A stretch of DNA of 64,000 bases from Felis catus (GCF_018350175.1 NC_058368.1:162690001-162754000), one strand, 5' to 3'. Positions 1 through 12,012 are shown, numbered from the stretch's first letter. A program made the numbers and translations. The notes: a model not told the origin generated them from the letters alone.

Positions 1-317
1 CCTAGTTGCTAAGTCACTGCTTCTGGTTCTTTATTAATATGGCATTATCACTGAAAAGTTTTCATTTTGGTCATCATTGGTAGTGTCACTGCCTTCTTCC
101 ATGGAAGCTCACTAAAGTGGCCTAGAAGGCCTTGTTACTAAGTTAGAAAAGGTAAAGTGACTTTGACATTTCATATAATCCAATTTACCAAGATACTCAG
201 TTTGGCAAATCCTTAATGATACAACCATCGACAAGATTGATAGAAGGCATTTATTATGGAATTTTAAACCTGTGTCTCAATATTGGATCACAATGACTAT
301 AGTGGCTGTAATTAATA

Positions 318-530
318 TTTTTTTTAATTTTACTTTTTATTTTTTAAAATTTACATCCAAATTAGTTAGCATATAGTGCAACAATGATTTCAGGAGTAGA
401 CTCCTTAGTGCCCCTTACCCATTTAGCCCATCCCCCCCTCCCACAACCCCTCCAGTAACCCTCAGTTTGTTCTCCATATTTATGAGTCTCTTCTGTTTTG
501 TCCCCTTCCCTGTTTTTATATTATTTTTGT
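318..530 (-). mobile_element. LINE-1 3' end fragment (5'-truncated), same 3' UTR type as the full-length L1 at 2027-8926
   Basis: T-rich tail then TTTACATCCAAATTAGTTAGCATATAGTGCAACAATGATTTCAGGAGTAGA, the reverse complement of the L1 3' UTR at ~8800-8860; TTAATATT on both flanks. Confidence 0.85.
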
Positions 531-1914
531 TAATATTCTTTAAATTATATTGCAGGTAACAAATCTATTAGATTGTATTCTATGGAAGGTAATTATAAGA
601 TGTGTGTATTAAAGAATATTTGTACATTAAAAGCATTATTTTTATCAATATCAATGAACTTATCACAATTTTTAAATAGGGATTAAGTGTTCTTCATTTT
701 TAATGACCTTATTTCTGATAATTTAAGATTTTCAAGAAATTTGCAGAATAGGCAAAGTTCACATATGCCACTTATGCAGTTTCATGACCTTCTTCTGTAG
801 GCTAAGGCTCAAACTTAGAGAGTTTGATACAGAACTCACCTGCAGACCCTGAAGCAACAGAGACCATATGGTGCCTTGGAGTTCTCAGAAACCAAGTAAT
901 TTTACAATGAGGGGAAAGGTCAGGAGTGAAGGGACTACCTGGAGATGATTAATGGAATGGGATGTTCTCAATATATGGCAAACCAAAAAAGATATAAACC
1001 TACAAGCATCATCAGAACAAAATTAGATAGACAAGAGGTTGAAGGTAGATAGCGCAATAAATTATCTTGTTTAGTTTTCATACCAGTCTGTTTTCAGACT
1101 TGGACCTAATGACCCAAGGGGAGGCCAATTCCTCAGGAAGAAGCAACAAAACCATGGTAAAAAAAAACACTAGCATCACTTCCTCAAAGAACTATACACT
1201 CAGGGAAGACACATACCCAAACATTTTGAGGATAGTTAGATGCAGGATTCAAACTGATATTTATGGATGGATGCACACAGTGCTCAGATCTGAACTCGGC
1301 AATCTTGTTCCAGAGGTCTCTGCTTTTAAACATTGCCCTGTATGACTTTTTGCCAAATGAGGAAAGAAATTTCCAAGTCTTCTTCCTGCCTAGTTTCTCC
1401 CTCTTGTATTCTTGCATTCTCAAGTAATGACTTTTTCTTTTAGCATCTTTTTAGAAATTCTATTGGATCCTGGATTAAAGGGCAATGTGTAGAATAGGGA
1501 ATTAGCAGTTATGAGCAGTTATTTTGGTTCAAGTAATGTGTGAGTGTTTTAAATACATTATTTGACTTCATATCAACTTACTGAAGTGTAGACTGTTTGC
1601 TCCACTGCATGAAAAAAAATGCATATAATCATGGGAAAGAGATGACACTCTACAGACAGTCTACCTGGACTGAAATCTTAGCACTGTACCTTCTTGTCTT
1701 TATGGAAATAATGGTCCCAAAGATCAGGCACATTGGAATTTATTTACATTTTCTAAGTCATTTTCTTTTTTTCAATATGTAATTCATTCTAAACGCTTCA
1801 TTTAGAATAAAAGTAGACTGAAAATTGGTCTTTCACTGCTCCACCCAGACCTGTGACAATCAATAGCAAAGGTAGCTGTTGTCCTTATTAGTTCAAAGTA
1901 TGAGGAAGACAGAA

Positions 1915-2026
1915 AAAGGCGCCAAAGATGTCTATATCTTAATTCCTGAAACTGTCTATAACTTAACTTCTGAAACTGTGAATATTTTACCTTACATATT
2001 CACATTTAGAAGGATAAAAATTTTCA
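1915..2026 (+). mobile_element. MaLR (MLT1D-like) LTR, 5' part, interrupted by the L1
   Basis: CCAAAGATGTCTATATCTTAATTCCTGAAACTGT...GAATATTTTACCTTACAT resembles an MLT1 5' end; continues after the L1 at 8946. Confidence 0.6.
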
Positions 2027-3733
2027 GGGGGAGGAGCCAAGATGGAAGAACAGCATGGAAGTTTTTTTTGTATCTCATGTCCATGTAAGACAGCCAGATC
2101 AACACTAAACCATCCTGCCCACTTAGAAAACTGATTTGAGGATTAACACAAAAATCTGCACAACCCGAACCACACAACTCACCAGGTATATGGTGCTGAG
2201 AGGTGAATTGGGGGAGAAAGAAGCCCCAGAGAGCAGGGAGCTGGTTTTGCTTGTGTAGGGGGGGGGGGGGGGGGCGGGGAAGTACATGAAAAGAACCTCC
2301 CCCAAAAGCCGGTGGAGAGAAAGTGGAAAAGTGGAAACAGCCACAGGGACTGAAATAAAAAGGGAGAAAGGAGAAAGGAGAGGGTTTAAATTCCATTAAG
2401 ACTCTATAAAAAGAGAGCACAGAGTCTGAAACTCCACAGCTCAATACCTGGTAGTGCTCTGTTGGGAAGGGCAAATCCCCAGGAACACAGTGGGATCCAG
2501 GAAGTCCTCGGGCCACACGAGAGAAGCAGTTCCACTGCTGAAATGCATTTGGTAGAAGCTGTGTATCCACCTGGTCCCAGCGGATCCCAGAGAGCAACCA
2601 CATTCGCTGGTGCTGAAACAAGGTCCTTAAAGGTAAAGCCTCGTGCCAGATGTGTGTTGTGATTTTCCAAAATCCCTGAAATGCTGCTGCTACATGATCA
2701 CACAAACGTTTTCTGGGGCAGGCTGGCACTCAGCCGCAGTCTCTGGGCGCCAGCTACAGCACAGTTCCATGAACCTTCCTGGGTATGGCCGGCACCTGGC
2801 CATTGCTTGGTGAGACCCTCCCCCACAGCATCTCAGCGGGTCAAAGACGCAGTCCCTCAGAAGTCAGGGGTCGGGAAACGCAGCCGCATCTGAGATAAAA
2901 CTCAGGAGGGAGGTGTCGCCTGGCAACCTGACGGCTTGGTCACAGACAGAGTAAAAGTGGGGAGTGGACGAAAGCTGGAGATAAAGGATGGGTGTGCGAT
3001 TGCTGGTCAGGGAGAGCACAGATTTCCAATAGTACAGACCGGAGAGCTGGGTGAAGCCATTTTCACGAGTCCCGCACATGCGCATACACACCGCAAGCGG
3101 CACAACAATTCACCCCAGTAAGCTAAGCAGCGCCATCTAGTGGAGAAAGGAGCTGTTACACTAAGCCCCACCGAACGCGGCCAACCTCACTCTTTAAGAA
3201 CACCACAAATCAATCCTTCTGCTTATTTACAGATTATAAAGTGCTTCATAGTTTGACTTGAAGGGGAAAAGGATGTAATTTCAATCGTATTTCAGTCTGT
3301 TCGTTGGTCCATCTATTCAATTTTCTTTTTTTTTCTTTCTTTGTCATTTCTTTTGTTTTTCTTCAATACAGAAAGAGAAAAAAATATTTTCATTTTAAAT
3401 TTTTATTAAAAATATTTCCTTTATTCTTTCTACTATTTTTTTTACTTTTTTGTAAATTTTACAAAATCTATTTTACTTCCATTATTTGATGTTATACTAT
3501 TTCATTTTTTTCATTTTCTAAAATTTTCAAACGTTTTCCTTTTTTTATTTTTCTTTTTTATTTTTTTGCCTATTTCTTTTTTTCCCCTCTAATCTGTCAA
3601 GCATCTTTCAATACCAGACTAAAACCACCTAGGGTCTAGCATCATTTATTTGATTTGTGTATGTGTGTGTGTGTTGTTTATAATTTTTTAATTTTAGGTT
3701 TTTTTCCTTATTAATTCCTTTTCTTCCTTCAAA
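2027..3733 (+). promoter_or_regulatory. L1 5' UTR / internal promoter
   Basis: YY1-like CAAGATGG at the 5' end, poly-G at 2258-2280, GC/CpG-richer segment ~2450-3190, T-rich segment ~3320-3730 before the ORF1 ATG. Confidence 0.8.
3128..3160 (-). promoter_or_regulatory. CTCF motif inside the L1 5' UTR
   Basis: Minus strand TGTAACAGCTCCTTTCT-CCACTAGATGGCGCTG: near-consensus core with an upstream-module-like TGTAAC. Confidence 0.6.
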
Positions 3734-4613
3734 ATGATGAAACAGAGTAATTCACCTCAAAAGAAAGAGAAGGAAGAAACGACAGCCAGGGACTTAATCA
3801 ACACAGATACAATCAAGATGTTTGAACAAGAATTTGGAATCATGATAATAAGAATACTAGCTGGGGTCTAAAATAGATTAGAATCTCTTTCTGTGGAGAT
3901 AAAAGAATTAAAACCTACACAGGATGAAATAAAAAATGCTATAACTGAGCTGCAATCTTGAATGGATGCCATGGAGGCAAGGATGGATGAGGCATAGCTC
4001 GAAACAGCGACATAGAGGACAAACTTATGGAGAATAATGAAGCAGTAAAAAAGAGGGGGACTAAGGCAAAAGAGCATGATTTAAGAGTTAGAGAAATCAG
4101 TGATTCATTAAAAAGGAACAATATCAAAATCATAGGGGGCCCAGAAGATGAAGAGAGAGAAATAGGGGTAGATGGGTTATGTGAGAAAAACATAGTGTAA
4201 AACTTTCCCAACCTGGGGAAAGACACAGACATCAAAATCCAGGAGACACAGAGGACTCCCATAAGATTCAACAAAAACCAACCGTCAACAGGTATATCAT
4301 AGTCAAATTCACAAAATTCTCAAGCAAGGAGAGAATCAAGAGAGCAGCAAGGGAAAAAAAGTCCTTAACCTACAAGAGAAGACAGATCAGGTTCACAGCA
4401 GACCTATCCACAGAAAGTTGGCAGGCAAGAAAGGAGTGGCAGGATATATTCAATATGCTGAATTGGAAAAATATGCAGCCAAGAATTCTTTATCCATCAA
4501 GGTTGTCATTCAAAATACAAGGAGAGATTAAAAGTTTCCCTGACAAACAAAAATTAAAGGAGTTTGTGACCACTAAACCAGCCCTGCAAGAAATTTAAAG
4601 GGGGACTCTCTGA
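3734..4613 (+). pseudogene. L1 ORF1 (RNA-binding/chaperone protein), disrupted
   Basis: ATG at 3734 reads MMKQSNSPQKKEKEETTARDLINTD...; typical ORF1 3' sequence (GCAGACCTATCCACAGAAA..., GAGTTTGTGACCACTAAACCAGCCCTGCAAGAAAT); in-frame stops and frameshifts. Confidence 0.88.
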
Positions 4614-7584
4614 GGGGAGAAAAGACGAAAAAGAAAAAAAAAAGAGAGACCAAAAGCAACAAAGACTAGAAAGGACCAGAGAGCATCACCAGAAACTCCA
4701 ACTCTACAAGAAACATAATGGCAATGAATTCATTTCTTTCAGTACTCACTCTAAATGTAAATGGATTAAATGCTGCAATTAAAAGACATTGGGTAACTGA
4801 ATGGATAAGAAAACAAGATCCATCTATATGTAGTTTACAAGAGACCCACTTTAGACCTAAAGATACCTTCAGATTGAAAGTAAGAGGATGGAAAACCATC
4901 TATCATGCTAATGGTCAACAAAAGAAAGCTGGAGTAGCCATACTTACATCAGACAATCTAGGCTTTAAAATAAAGACTGTAACAAGAGATGAAGACAGGC
5001 ATTATATCATATTTAAGGGGTCTATCCACCAAGAAGACCTAACGATGTAAAAATTTATGCCCTCAATGTGGTAGAACCAAAATATATAAATCGATTAATC
5101 ACAAACATAAAGGAACTCATTAATAATAATACCATAATAGTAAGGGACTTCCACACTGCACTGACAACAATGGACAAATCATGTAAGCAGAAAATCAACA
5201 AGGAAACAATGGCTTTGAATGACACACTGGACCAGATGGACTTAACAGATATATTCAGAACATCTCATCCTAAAGCAGTGGAATATACATTCTTCTCCAC
5301 TACAAATGGAACATTCTCCAGAACAGATCACATACTGGGACACAAATCAGCCCTCAACATGTACAAAAAGATCGAGATCGTACCGTGCATATTTTCAGCC
5401 AACAACGCTATGAAACTCAAAATCAACCACAATAAAAAAATTTGTAAAGATAACAAATATTTGGAGACTAAAGAACATCCTACTAAAGAATGAATGAGCT
5501 AAAACCTCTGGGATGCAGCAAAGGTGGTCATAAGTGAGAAGTATATAGCAATCCAGACCTTCCTAAAGAAGGAAAAAAGGTCTCATATACACAACCTAGC
5601 CTTACACCTTAAAGAGGTGGAAAAAGAAGAGCAAATAAAACCCCAAAACAACAAAGACATGAAAAAATAAAGATTAGAGCAGAAATCAATGCTATCGAAA
5701 CCAAAAACAAAAGAAACAAACAAAAAAACCAGTAGAACAGATCAATGAACCCAGAAGCTGGTTATTTGAAAGAATTAGCAAAATTGATAAACCCCTAGCC
5801 AGTATGATCAAAAATAAAAAGCAAAGGTACAAACAAATAAAATAAGAATGAAAGAGGAGAGATCACAACCAAAACAGCAGAAATAAACACAATAAGAGAG
5901 AATATTATGAGCAACTGTATGCCAATAAAATGGGCAATCTGGAAGAAATGGAAAAATTCCTAGAAATATATACACTACCAAAACTGAAACAGGAAGAAAT
6001 AGAAAATTTGAACAGACTCATAACCAGTACAGAAATAGAATTAGTAATCAAGAGTCTCCCAAAGAACAAGAGTCCAGGGCCCGATGGCTTTCCAGGGGAA
6101 TTCTACCAAATATTTAAGGAAGAGTTAACACCTATTGTCTTGAAGCTGTTCCAAAAAATAGATATGGAAGGAAAACTTCCGAACTCTTTCTATGAAGCCA
6201 GCATTACCTTGACTCCAAAACCAGAAAAAGACCCCACTAAAAAGGAGAACTATAGACCAATTTCCCTGATGAGCATGGATGCAAAAATCCTCAGCAAGAT
6301 ATTAGCCAACAGGATCCAACAATACATTAAAAAAATTATTCACCACGACCAAGGGTGATTTACACCTGGGATACAGGGCTGGTTCAATATCTGCAAAACA
6401 ATCAATGTGATCCATCACATCAATAAAAGAAAGGACAAGAACCACGATCCTCTCAATGGATGCAGAGAAAGCATTATTACAGCATCCTTTCTTGATAAAA
6501 ACCCCCAAGAAAGTAGGGACAAAAGTATCATACCTTGAGATCATAAAAGCCAAAAATGAAAGACCCAACACTCATATCATCCTCAATGGGGAAAAACTGA
6601 GAGCTTTCCCCCTAAGGTCAGGAACAACACAGGGATGTCCTCTCTCACCACTGTTATTCAACATAGTATTGGAAGTTTTAGCCTCAGCAATCAGACAATA
6701 CAAAGAAATACAAGGCATCCAAATTGGCCATGGGGAGGTCAAACTGTCACTCTTCACAGATGACATGATACTCTATATGGAAAACCCAAAAATTTCACCA
6801 TAAAACTTCTGGAACTGATCCATGAATTCAGAAAAGTGGCAGGATATAAAAATCAATGCACAGAAATTGGTTGCATTCCTATTCACCAACAATGAAGCAA
6901 CAGAAAGATAAATCAAGGAATCAATCCCATTTACAACTGCACCAAACACCATAAAATACCTAGGAATAAATCTAACCAAAAATGGTGAAAAATCTACACT
7001 GAAAACTACAGAAGCTTATGAAAGAAATTGAAGACAGAAAAAATTGGGAAAAGATTCCATGCTTCTGGATAGGAAGAACAAATATTGTTAAAATGTCAAT
7101 ATTACCCAAAGCAATCTACATATTCAATGCAATCCCCACCAAAAGAACACCAGCATTCTTCACAGAGCTAGAACAAACAATCCTAAAATTTGTATGGAGC
7201 CAGAAAAGACCCTGAATTCGCAAAGCAATCTGTAAAAAGAAAACCAAAGGAAGAAGCATCATAATCCCAGACTTCAAGCTGAATTACAAAGCTATAATCA
7301 TCAAGACAGTATGGGACTGGCACAAAAACAGACACTCAGATCAATGGAACAGAACAGAGAACCCAGAAATGGACCCACAAATATATGGCCAACTAATCTT
7401 TGACAAAGCAAGAAAGAATATCCAATGGAATAAAGACAGTCTCTTCAGCAAGTGGTGCTGGGAAAACTGCACAGTGACATGCAGAAGAATGAACCTGGAC
7501 CACTTTCCTACACAATAATAAACTCAAAATGGATGAAAGACCTAAATGTCAGACAGGAAGCCATAAAAATCCTCGAGGAGAAAG

Positions 7585-7694
7585 TGGGTGATGGGCATTG
7601 AGGTGGGCACTTGTTGGGATGAGCACTGGGTTTCGTATGGAAACCAATTTGTCAATAAATTATATTACAAAAAAAAAACGAAACAAAACAAAAC
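7585..7694 (+). mobile_element. Nested, extremely 5'-truncated L1 3' end inside the host ORF2
   Basis: TGGGTGATGGGCATTGAGG...GAGCACTGGG...GGAAACCAATTTGTCAATAAAT plus A-rich tail, flanked by 20-bp TSD AAAAA(T/C)CCTCGAGGAGAAAG (7565-7584 / 7695-7714). Confidence 0.92.
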
Positions 7695-8442
7695 AAAAAC
7701 CCTCGAGGAGAAAGCAGGCAAAAACGTCTTTGATCTTTGCCACAGCAACTTCTTATTCAAAATGTCTCTGAGGGCAAGGGAAATAAAAGCAAAAATGTAC
7801 TATTAGGACCTTATAAAAAAAAATCTTCTGCACAGTGAAGGAAAAAATCAGCAAAACTAAAAGGCAACCGATGGAATGGGAGAAGACATTTGCAAACGAC
7901 ATATCAGATAAAGGGTTAGTATCCAAAATCTATAAAGAACTATTCAAACTCAACACCCCAAAAAACAAATAATCCAGTGAAGAAATGGTCAAAAGACATG
8001 AATAGACACTTCTGCAAAGAACGCATCCAGATGGCCAACCAACACATGAAAAAATGCTCAACATCACTCATCACCAGGGAAATACAAATCAAAACCACAA
8101 TGAGATACCACCTCACCTGTCAGAATGGCGAACACTAATAACTCAGGCAACAACAGATGTTGGTGAGGGTGTGGAGAGAGAGGACCTCTTTTGCACTGCA
8201 GGTGGGAATGCAAATTGGTGCAGCCACTCTGGAAAACAGCATAAAGTTTCCTCAAAAAACTAAAAATAGAACTACCCTATGACCCAGCAATTGCACTACT
8301 AGGCATTTAACCATGGGATACAGGTATGCTGTTTCGAAAGGGGCACATGCACCCCAATGTTTATGCAGCACTATCAATAATAGCCAAAGCAGGGAAAGAG
8401 CCCAAATGTCCAAAGATGGATGAGTGGATAAAGAAGATGCGG

Positions 8443-8443
<1 letters not shown>

Positions 8444-8498
<55 letters not shown>
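8444..8498. repeat. (TA)n(CA)n compound microsatellite within L1
   Basis: Seen directly. Confidence 0.95.
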
Positions 8499-8500
<2 letters not shown>

Positions 8501-8945
8501 GGAGTATTACTTGGCAATCACAAAGAATGAAATCTTGTCATTTGCAACTACGTGGATGGAACTAGAGAGTATTATGCTAAGCGAAATTAGTCAGTCAGAG
8601 AAAGATAAATGTCATATGACTTCACTCACATGAGGACTTTAAGACTCAGAACAGATGAACACAAGTGAATAGAAGCAAAAATAATATAAAAACAGGGAGG
8701 GGGGACCAAACATAAGAGACTTTCAAATATGGAGAACAAAACAAGGTTCCTGGAGGGGTTTTGGGAGGGGGGGATGGGCTAAATGGGTAAAGGGCATTAA
8801 GGAATCTACTCCTGAAATCATTGTTGCACTATATGCTAACTGACTTGGATGTAAATTTTAAAAATAAAATAGTAATAATAATAAAATATTAAATATTAAA
8901 TAATTAAAATAAAATACAAAAACAAAAGAAGGATAAAAAATTTGA

Positions 8946-9267
8946 GAGTTTATTCTAGTTTATCCAGGTATTTCCCTATATAAATTCTAAAATTCAGAGA
9001 ACCTTTCTGGTTGAGTCACAGAGAGGAGACGTTGCTGGCTTTGAAGATGGAGGAAGGGAATCACAAACCACAAAATGAAGCTGGACTCTAGAAGGTGGAG
9101 AAGACAAGAAAGTGAATTTTCCAGGTTCACTAGAGCCTCCAAAGTATACCAATGCAGTGAGACTGATGGATTTCTAACCTACAGAACTGTAAGGAAATAA
9201 ATATGTGCCATTTTGAGCCACTAAAGTTTTGCTGATTTGTTATAGCAGCAATAGAAAAACAATGCAA
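8946..9267 (+). mobile_element. MaLR (MLT1D-like) LTR, 3' part
   Basis: TTGCTGGCTTTGAAGATGGAGGAAGG...TTCTAACCTACAGAACTGTAAG...GCCACTAAAG...TTTGTTATAGCAGCAATAGAAAAACAATGCA typical MLT1 3' end. Confidence 0.8.
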
Positions 9268-9550
9268 AAGTTAAAAGGAAAGTTACAACTTCCAAGTTCA
9301 CAGCATTGCCAGCAGTAATCATAGAAAGAAAATTATTTATATTTTTTGTTTACTTTTAGAAAAATGAAACTCAAAGAAGAAAATCTTACCAGCTAAGAAA
9401 GGGTATTGTGTACATCTATTTATATGTGTAATTACTGCCCTTTAATTCAATTGTAGAGAAGAATCAATTATATACTAAATATTTTTTTGTTTAACTTGCT
9501 TGGAAGAAAACTGTTCAGCTATTATTATCTTTTATATTTGTTCAGGTTTA

Positions 9551-9795
9551 GGGGCGCCTGGGTGGCGCAGTCGGTTAAGCATCCGACTTCAGCCAGGTCA
9601 CGATCTCGCGGTCTGTGAGTTCGAGCCCTGCGTCAGGCTCTGGGCTGATGGCTCAGAGCCTGGAGCCTGTTTCCGATTCTGTGTCTCCCTCTCTCTCTGC
9701 CCCTCCCCCATTCATGCTCTGTCTCTCTCTGTCCCAAAAATAAATAAAAACATTGAAAAAAAATTTAAAAAAAAAATAATAAATAAATAAATAAA
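9551..9795 (+). mobile_element. Young felid SINE (SINEC_Fc-like)
   Basis: GGGGCGCCTGGGTGGCGCAGTCGGTTAAG head, CpGs retained, CT tract, A tail; TSD ATTTGT(T/C)CAGGTTT. Confidence 0.95.
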
Positions 9796-9848
9796 TTTGT
9801 CCAGGTTTGGATGCATTAAAAAACTGGAGGCATTACTCTTCCAAGTAA

Positions 9849-10050
9849 TTTTTATTATTTTTAATGTTTATTTTGGAGAGAGACAGCCAGCAGGAGAGAA
9901 GCAGAGAGAGAAGGAGACAGATAATACTAAGCAGGTTCTGCGATGTCAGCACAGAGCCTGCTGCGGGGCTCGAGCTCACAAATTGTGAGATCATGACCTG
10001 AGCCTAAACCAAGAGTCGATGCTTTAACCAATTGAACCACCCAGGTGCCC
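9849..10050 (-). mobile_element. Carnivore SINE
   Basis: Ends CCACCCAGGTGCCC (reverse-complement head); T-rich tail. Confidence 0.9.
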
Positions 10051-11282
10051 TTCAACTAATTTTTAAAATAAGAAACATCAAGATTCATTTTTAAACTAAC
10101 TCAAAATTACTAGTTATTAAAGTTATTTAAAATACAGTAATGATACCAGGAAGAATTTTGATATGCATGAAGACATTTATTAGCCATTTACCATTACTCT
10201 AGTTTGTGCTATACTCTGATGTCTTCAGGTTTAACAGCCTCCTGCTGTCCTTATAGGAAAGTATCCAATTGTGTAGACACAGAGTATATCAGGTCATAAA
10301 GGCAGGTCAGGTCATAAAGGGAGAAGCACTTACTTTAGCAAATTTTAGTGTTCTCTGCACTCCGTTTCAAGCAAAAACTAAATATGCAAAAACACAATTT
10401 TTCTTTTTATGGAAGCTTTTTTATGATCATTATTAAGGTCCCTAGTTAAAATCTCCTTAGGCTCTACCCTCTCTCTTTAAAAATAAAAAATATCTTCTGT
10501 AATTTGTGTGTTATTATTGTAACAACTTGAAAATAAATAATGACAATGTATAATCTCCTTCTGTTAATTAAAACACAAACCAGTTTCATGAAAACATCTC
10601 TTCTCTTGGGCGGGGGGTGGGGATGGGGGTGGGGGAGACAAGACAACCTCATCCAGAATTTCTATTATTGATCCTTTCTCTTTAAAACCAAAGGAAATCA
10701 CATACAATAAAAGACAAAAATATTTTACATTTTTCATTTTCCCTTATATGTTTATATTTTTCATTTCATTTCAAAATGTTAGAATAACTTTTTATTTACA
10801 GCAGGGAAAATAGAAGAAATCTTGGTGAGAGAATTTTTAAATTTAGATCTTGAAGACTAGGCTTTCAGCAGATGGGAGGGGAAAATTGCAGAAAACAGCT
10901 TTTAAAAAATAGATGATTATGATAAGAGTTTCAATTTACTGATTACCTACTTTGTTCCAGTATATTGCTTTGTCCTTTAATTTTATTACACTTACTATTT
11001 TTTTTAGAACAGAAAAAGTTAAGTGAAATTATATCCATTTTACAAATTAGGAAACTGAGGTTATGATAACAGTAAAAGGCCACCCAGGATCACCAATCAA
11101 GTATTTGAATTATACATTTAACAAGCAAAGATGTAATCCAGATCCACTTGATAGTAAACACAAATGTGCTTTGCACTGTGAAAGATGAGATCACTTATCA
11201 GTTTATAGGCATTTTCTGTTTTTTGGAAGAGACAGACACTGTGCCGTAGTGATATAGTCTCCCATTAAAATAAATCTTTTTA

Positions 11283-11508
11283 GGGGCGCCTGGGTGGCTC
11301 AGTCGGTTAAGCATCAGACTTCAGCTCAGGTCGTGATCTCACAGTCCGTGAGTTCAAGCCCCACGTTGGACTCTGTGCTGACAGCTCAGAGCCTGGAGCC
11401 TGCTTTGGATTCTGTGTCTCCCTCTCTCTCTGCCCCTCTGCTGTTCATGTTCTGTCTGTCTCTGTCTCAAAAATAAATAAATAAACATTTAAAAATAAAT
11501 AAATAAAT
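11283..11508 (+). mobile_element. Carnivore/felid SINE
   Basis: GGGGCGCCTGGGTGGCTCAGTCGGTTAAG head, CT tract, AATAAA tail. Confidence 0.93.
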
Positions 11509-11774
11509 ATTTTTAAATATAAAATATTTTCTTAAAAAATTATAGAGTAAACATGAGTATAGAGGATATGCAGATATGGTCAAAATTGTGATGGTGATAC
11601 ACTAGTTAAGAAGTCTGGGCTACACTGCAATATGTTGAGCCATTCAAAGCATCCCAGCCCCCTTGACATTCAGTGCTCTACATCAGTCATAGTTATATAA
11701 AGTCTAAGATGGCGCCTGGCCTCTAAAATGAGACACTTCAGCTTCAGTCAACTTCACTCCAAATTTAACTCCTG

Positions 11775-12012
11775 GGGGCACCTGGACGCTCAGTCAGTTA
11801 AGCATCTGACTTCTGTTCAAGTCATGATCTCATGGCTCGTGAGATCCTTGATCATGAGGTCAAGCGCCATGTCAGGCTCTGTACTGACAGCTTGGAGCCT
11901 GAAGCCTGTTTCGGATTCTGTGTCTCCCTCTCTCTCTCTCTGCCCCTTCCCTGCTCCTGCTCTGTCTTCCTTTCTGTCTCTCAAAAATAAATAAATGTTA
12001 AAAAAATAATAA
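11775..12012 (+). mobile_element. Carnivore/felid SINE with a small internal insertion
   Basis: SINE head and body; TSD TAACTCCTG. Confidence 0.92.

Larger units (their letters stand above)
4718..8633 (+). pseudogene. L1 ORF2 (APE endonuclease + reverse transcriptase), fragmented
   Basis: ORF-track pieces carry EN motifs (TLNVNGLN, SLQETH, SRTDHILG) and RT motifs ([25 protein letters not shown] in place of FADD); multiple stops and frameshifts, an apparent deletion near 5500 and a nested insertion at 7585. Confidence 0.95.
2027..8926 (+). mobile_element. Full-length, inactivated carnivore/felid LINE-1 (5' UTR, ORF1, ORF2, 3' UTR, A-rich tail)
   Basis: Starts GGGGGAGGAGCCAAGATGG (typical L1 5' end); ORF1 and ORF2 remnants; A-rich tail ~8860-8926; TSD AGAAGGATAAAAATTTTCA (2008-2026) vs AGAAGGATAAAAAATTTGA (8927-8945). 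Confidence 0.97.

Noticed and set aside
790..900. Plus-strand exon-like segment (CTTCTTCTGTAG ... CAA|GTAATT)
   Set aside because: Stops in all three frames, weak donor and no partner exons
4718..8633. ORF2 fragments as an active or domesticated reverse transcriptase gene
   Set aside because: Many stops and frameshifts, altered catalytic motifs (FTDD; SANN in place of SDHN), a deletion and a nested insertion: a dead L1
9551..9640. tRNA-like A/B box sequence at SINE heads
   Set aside because: tRNA-derived SINE promoters, not tRNA genes
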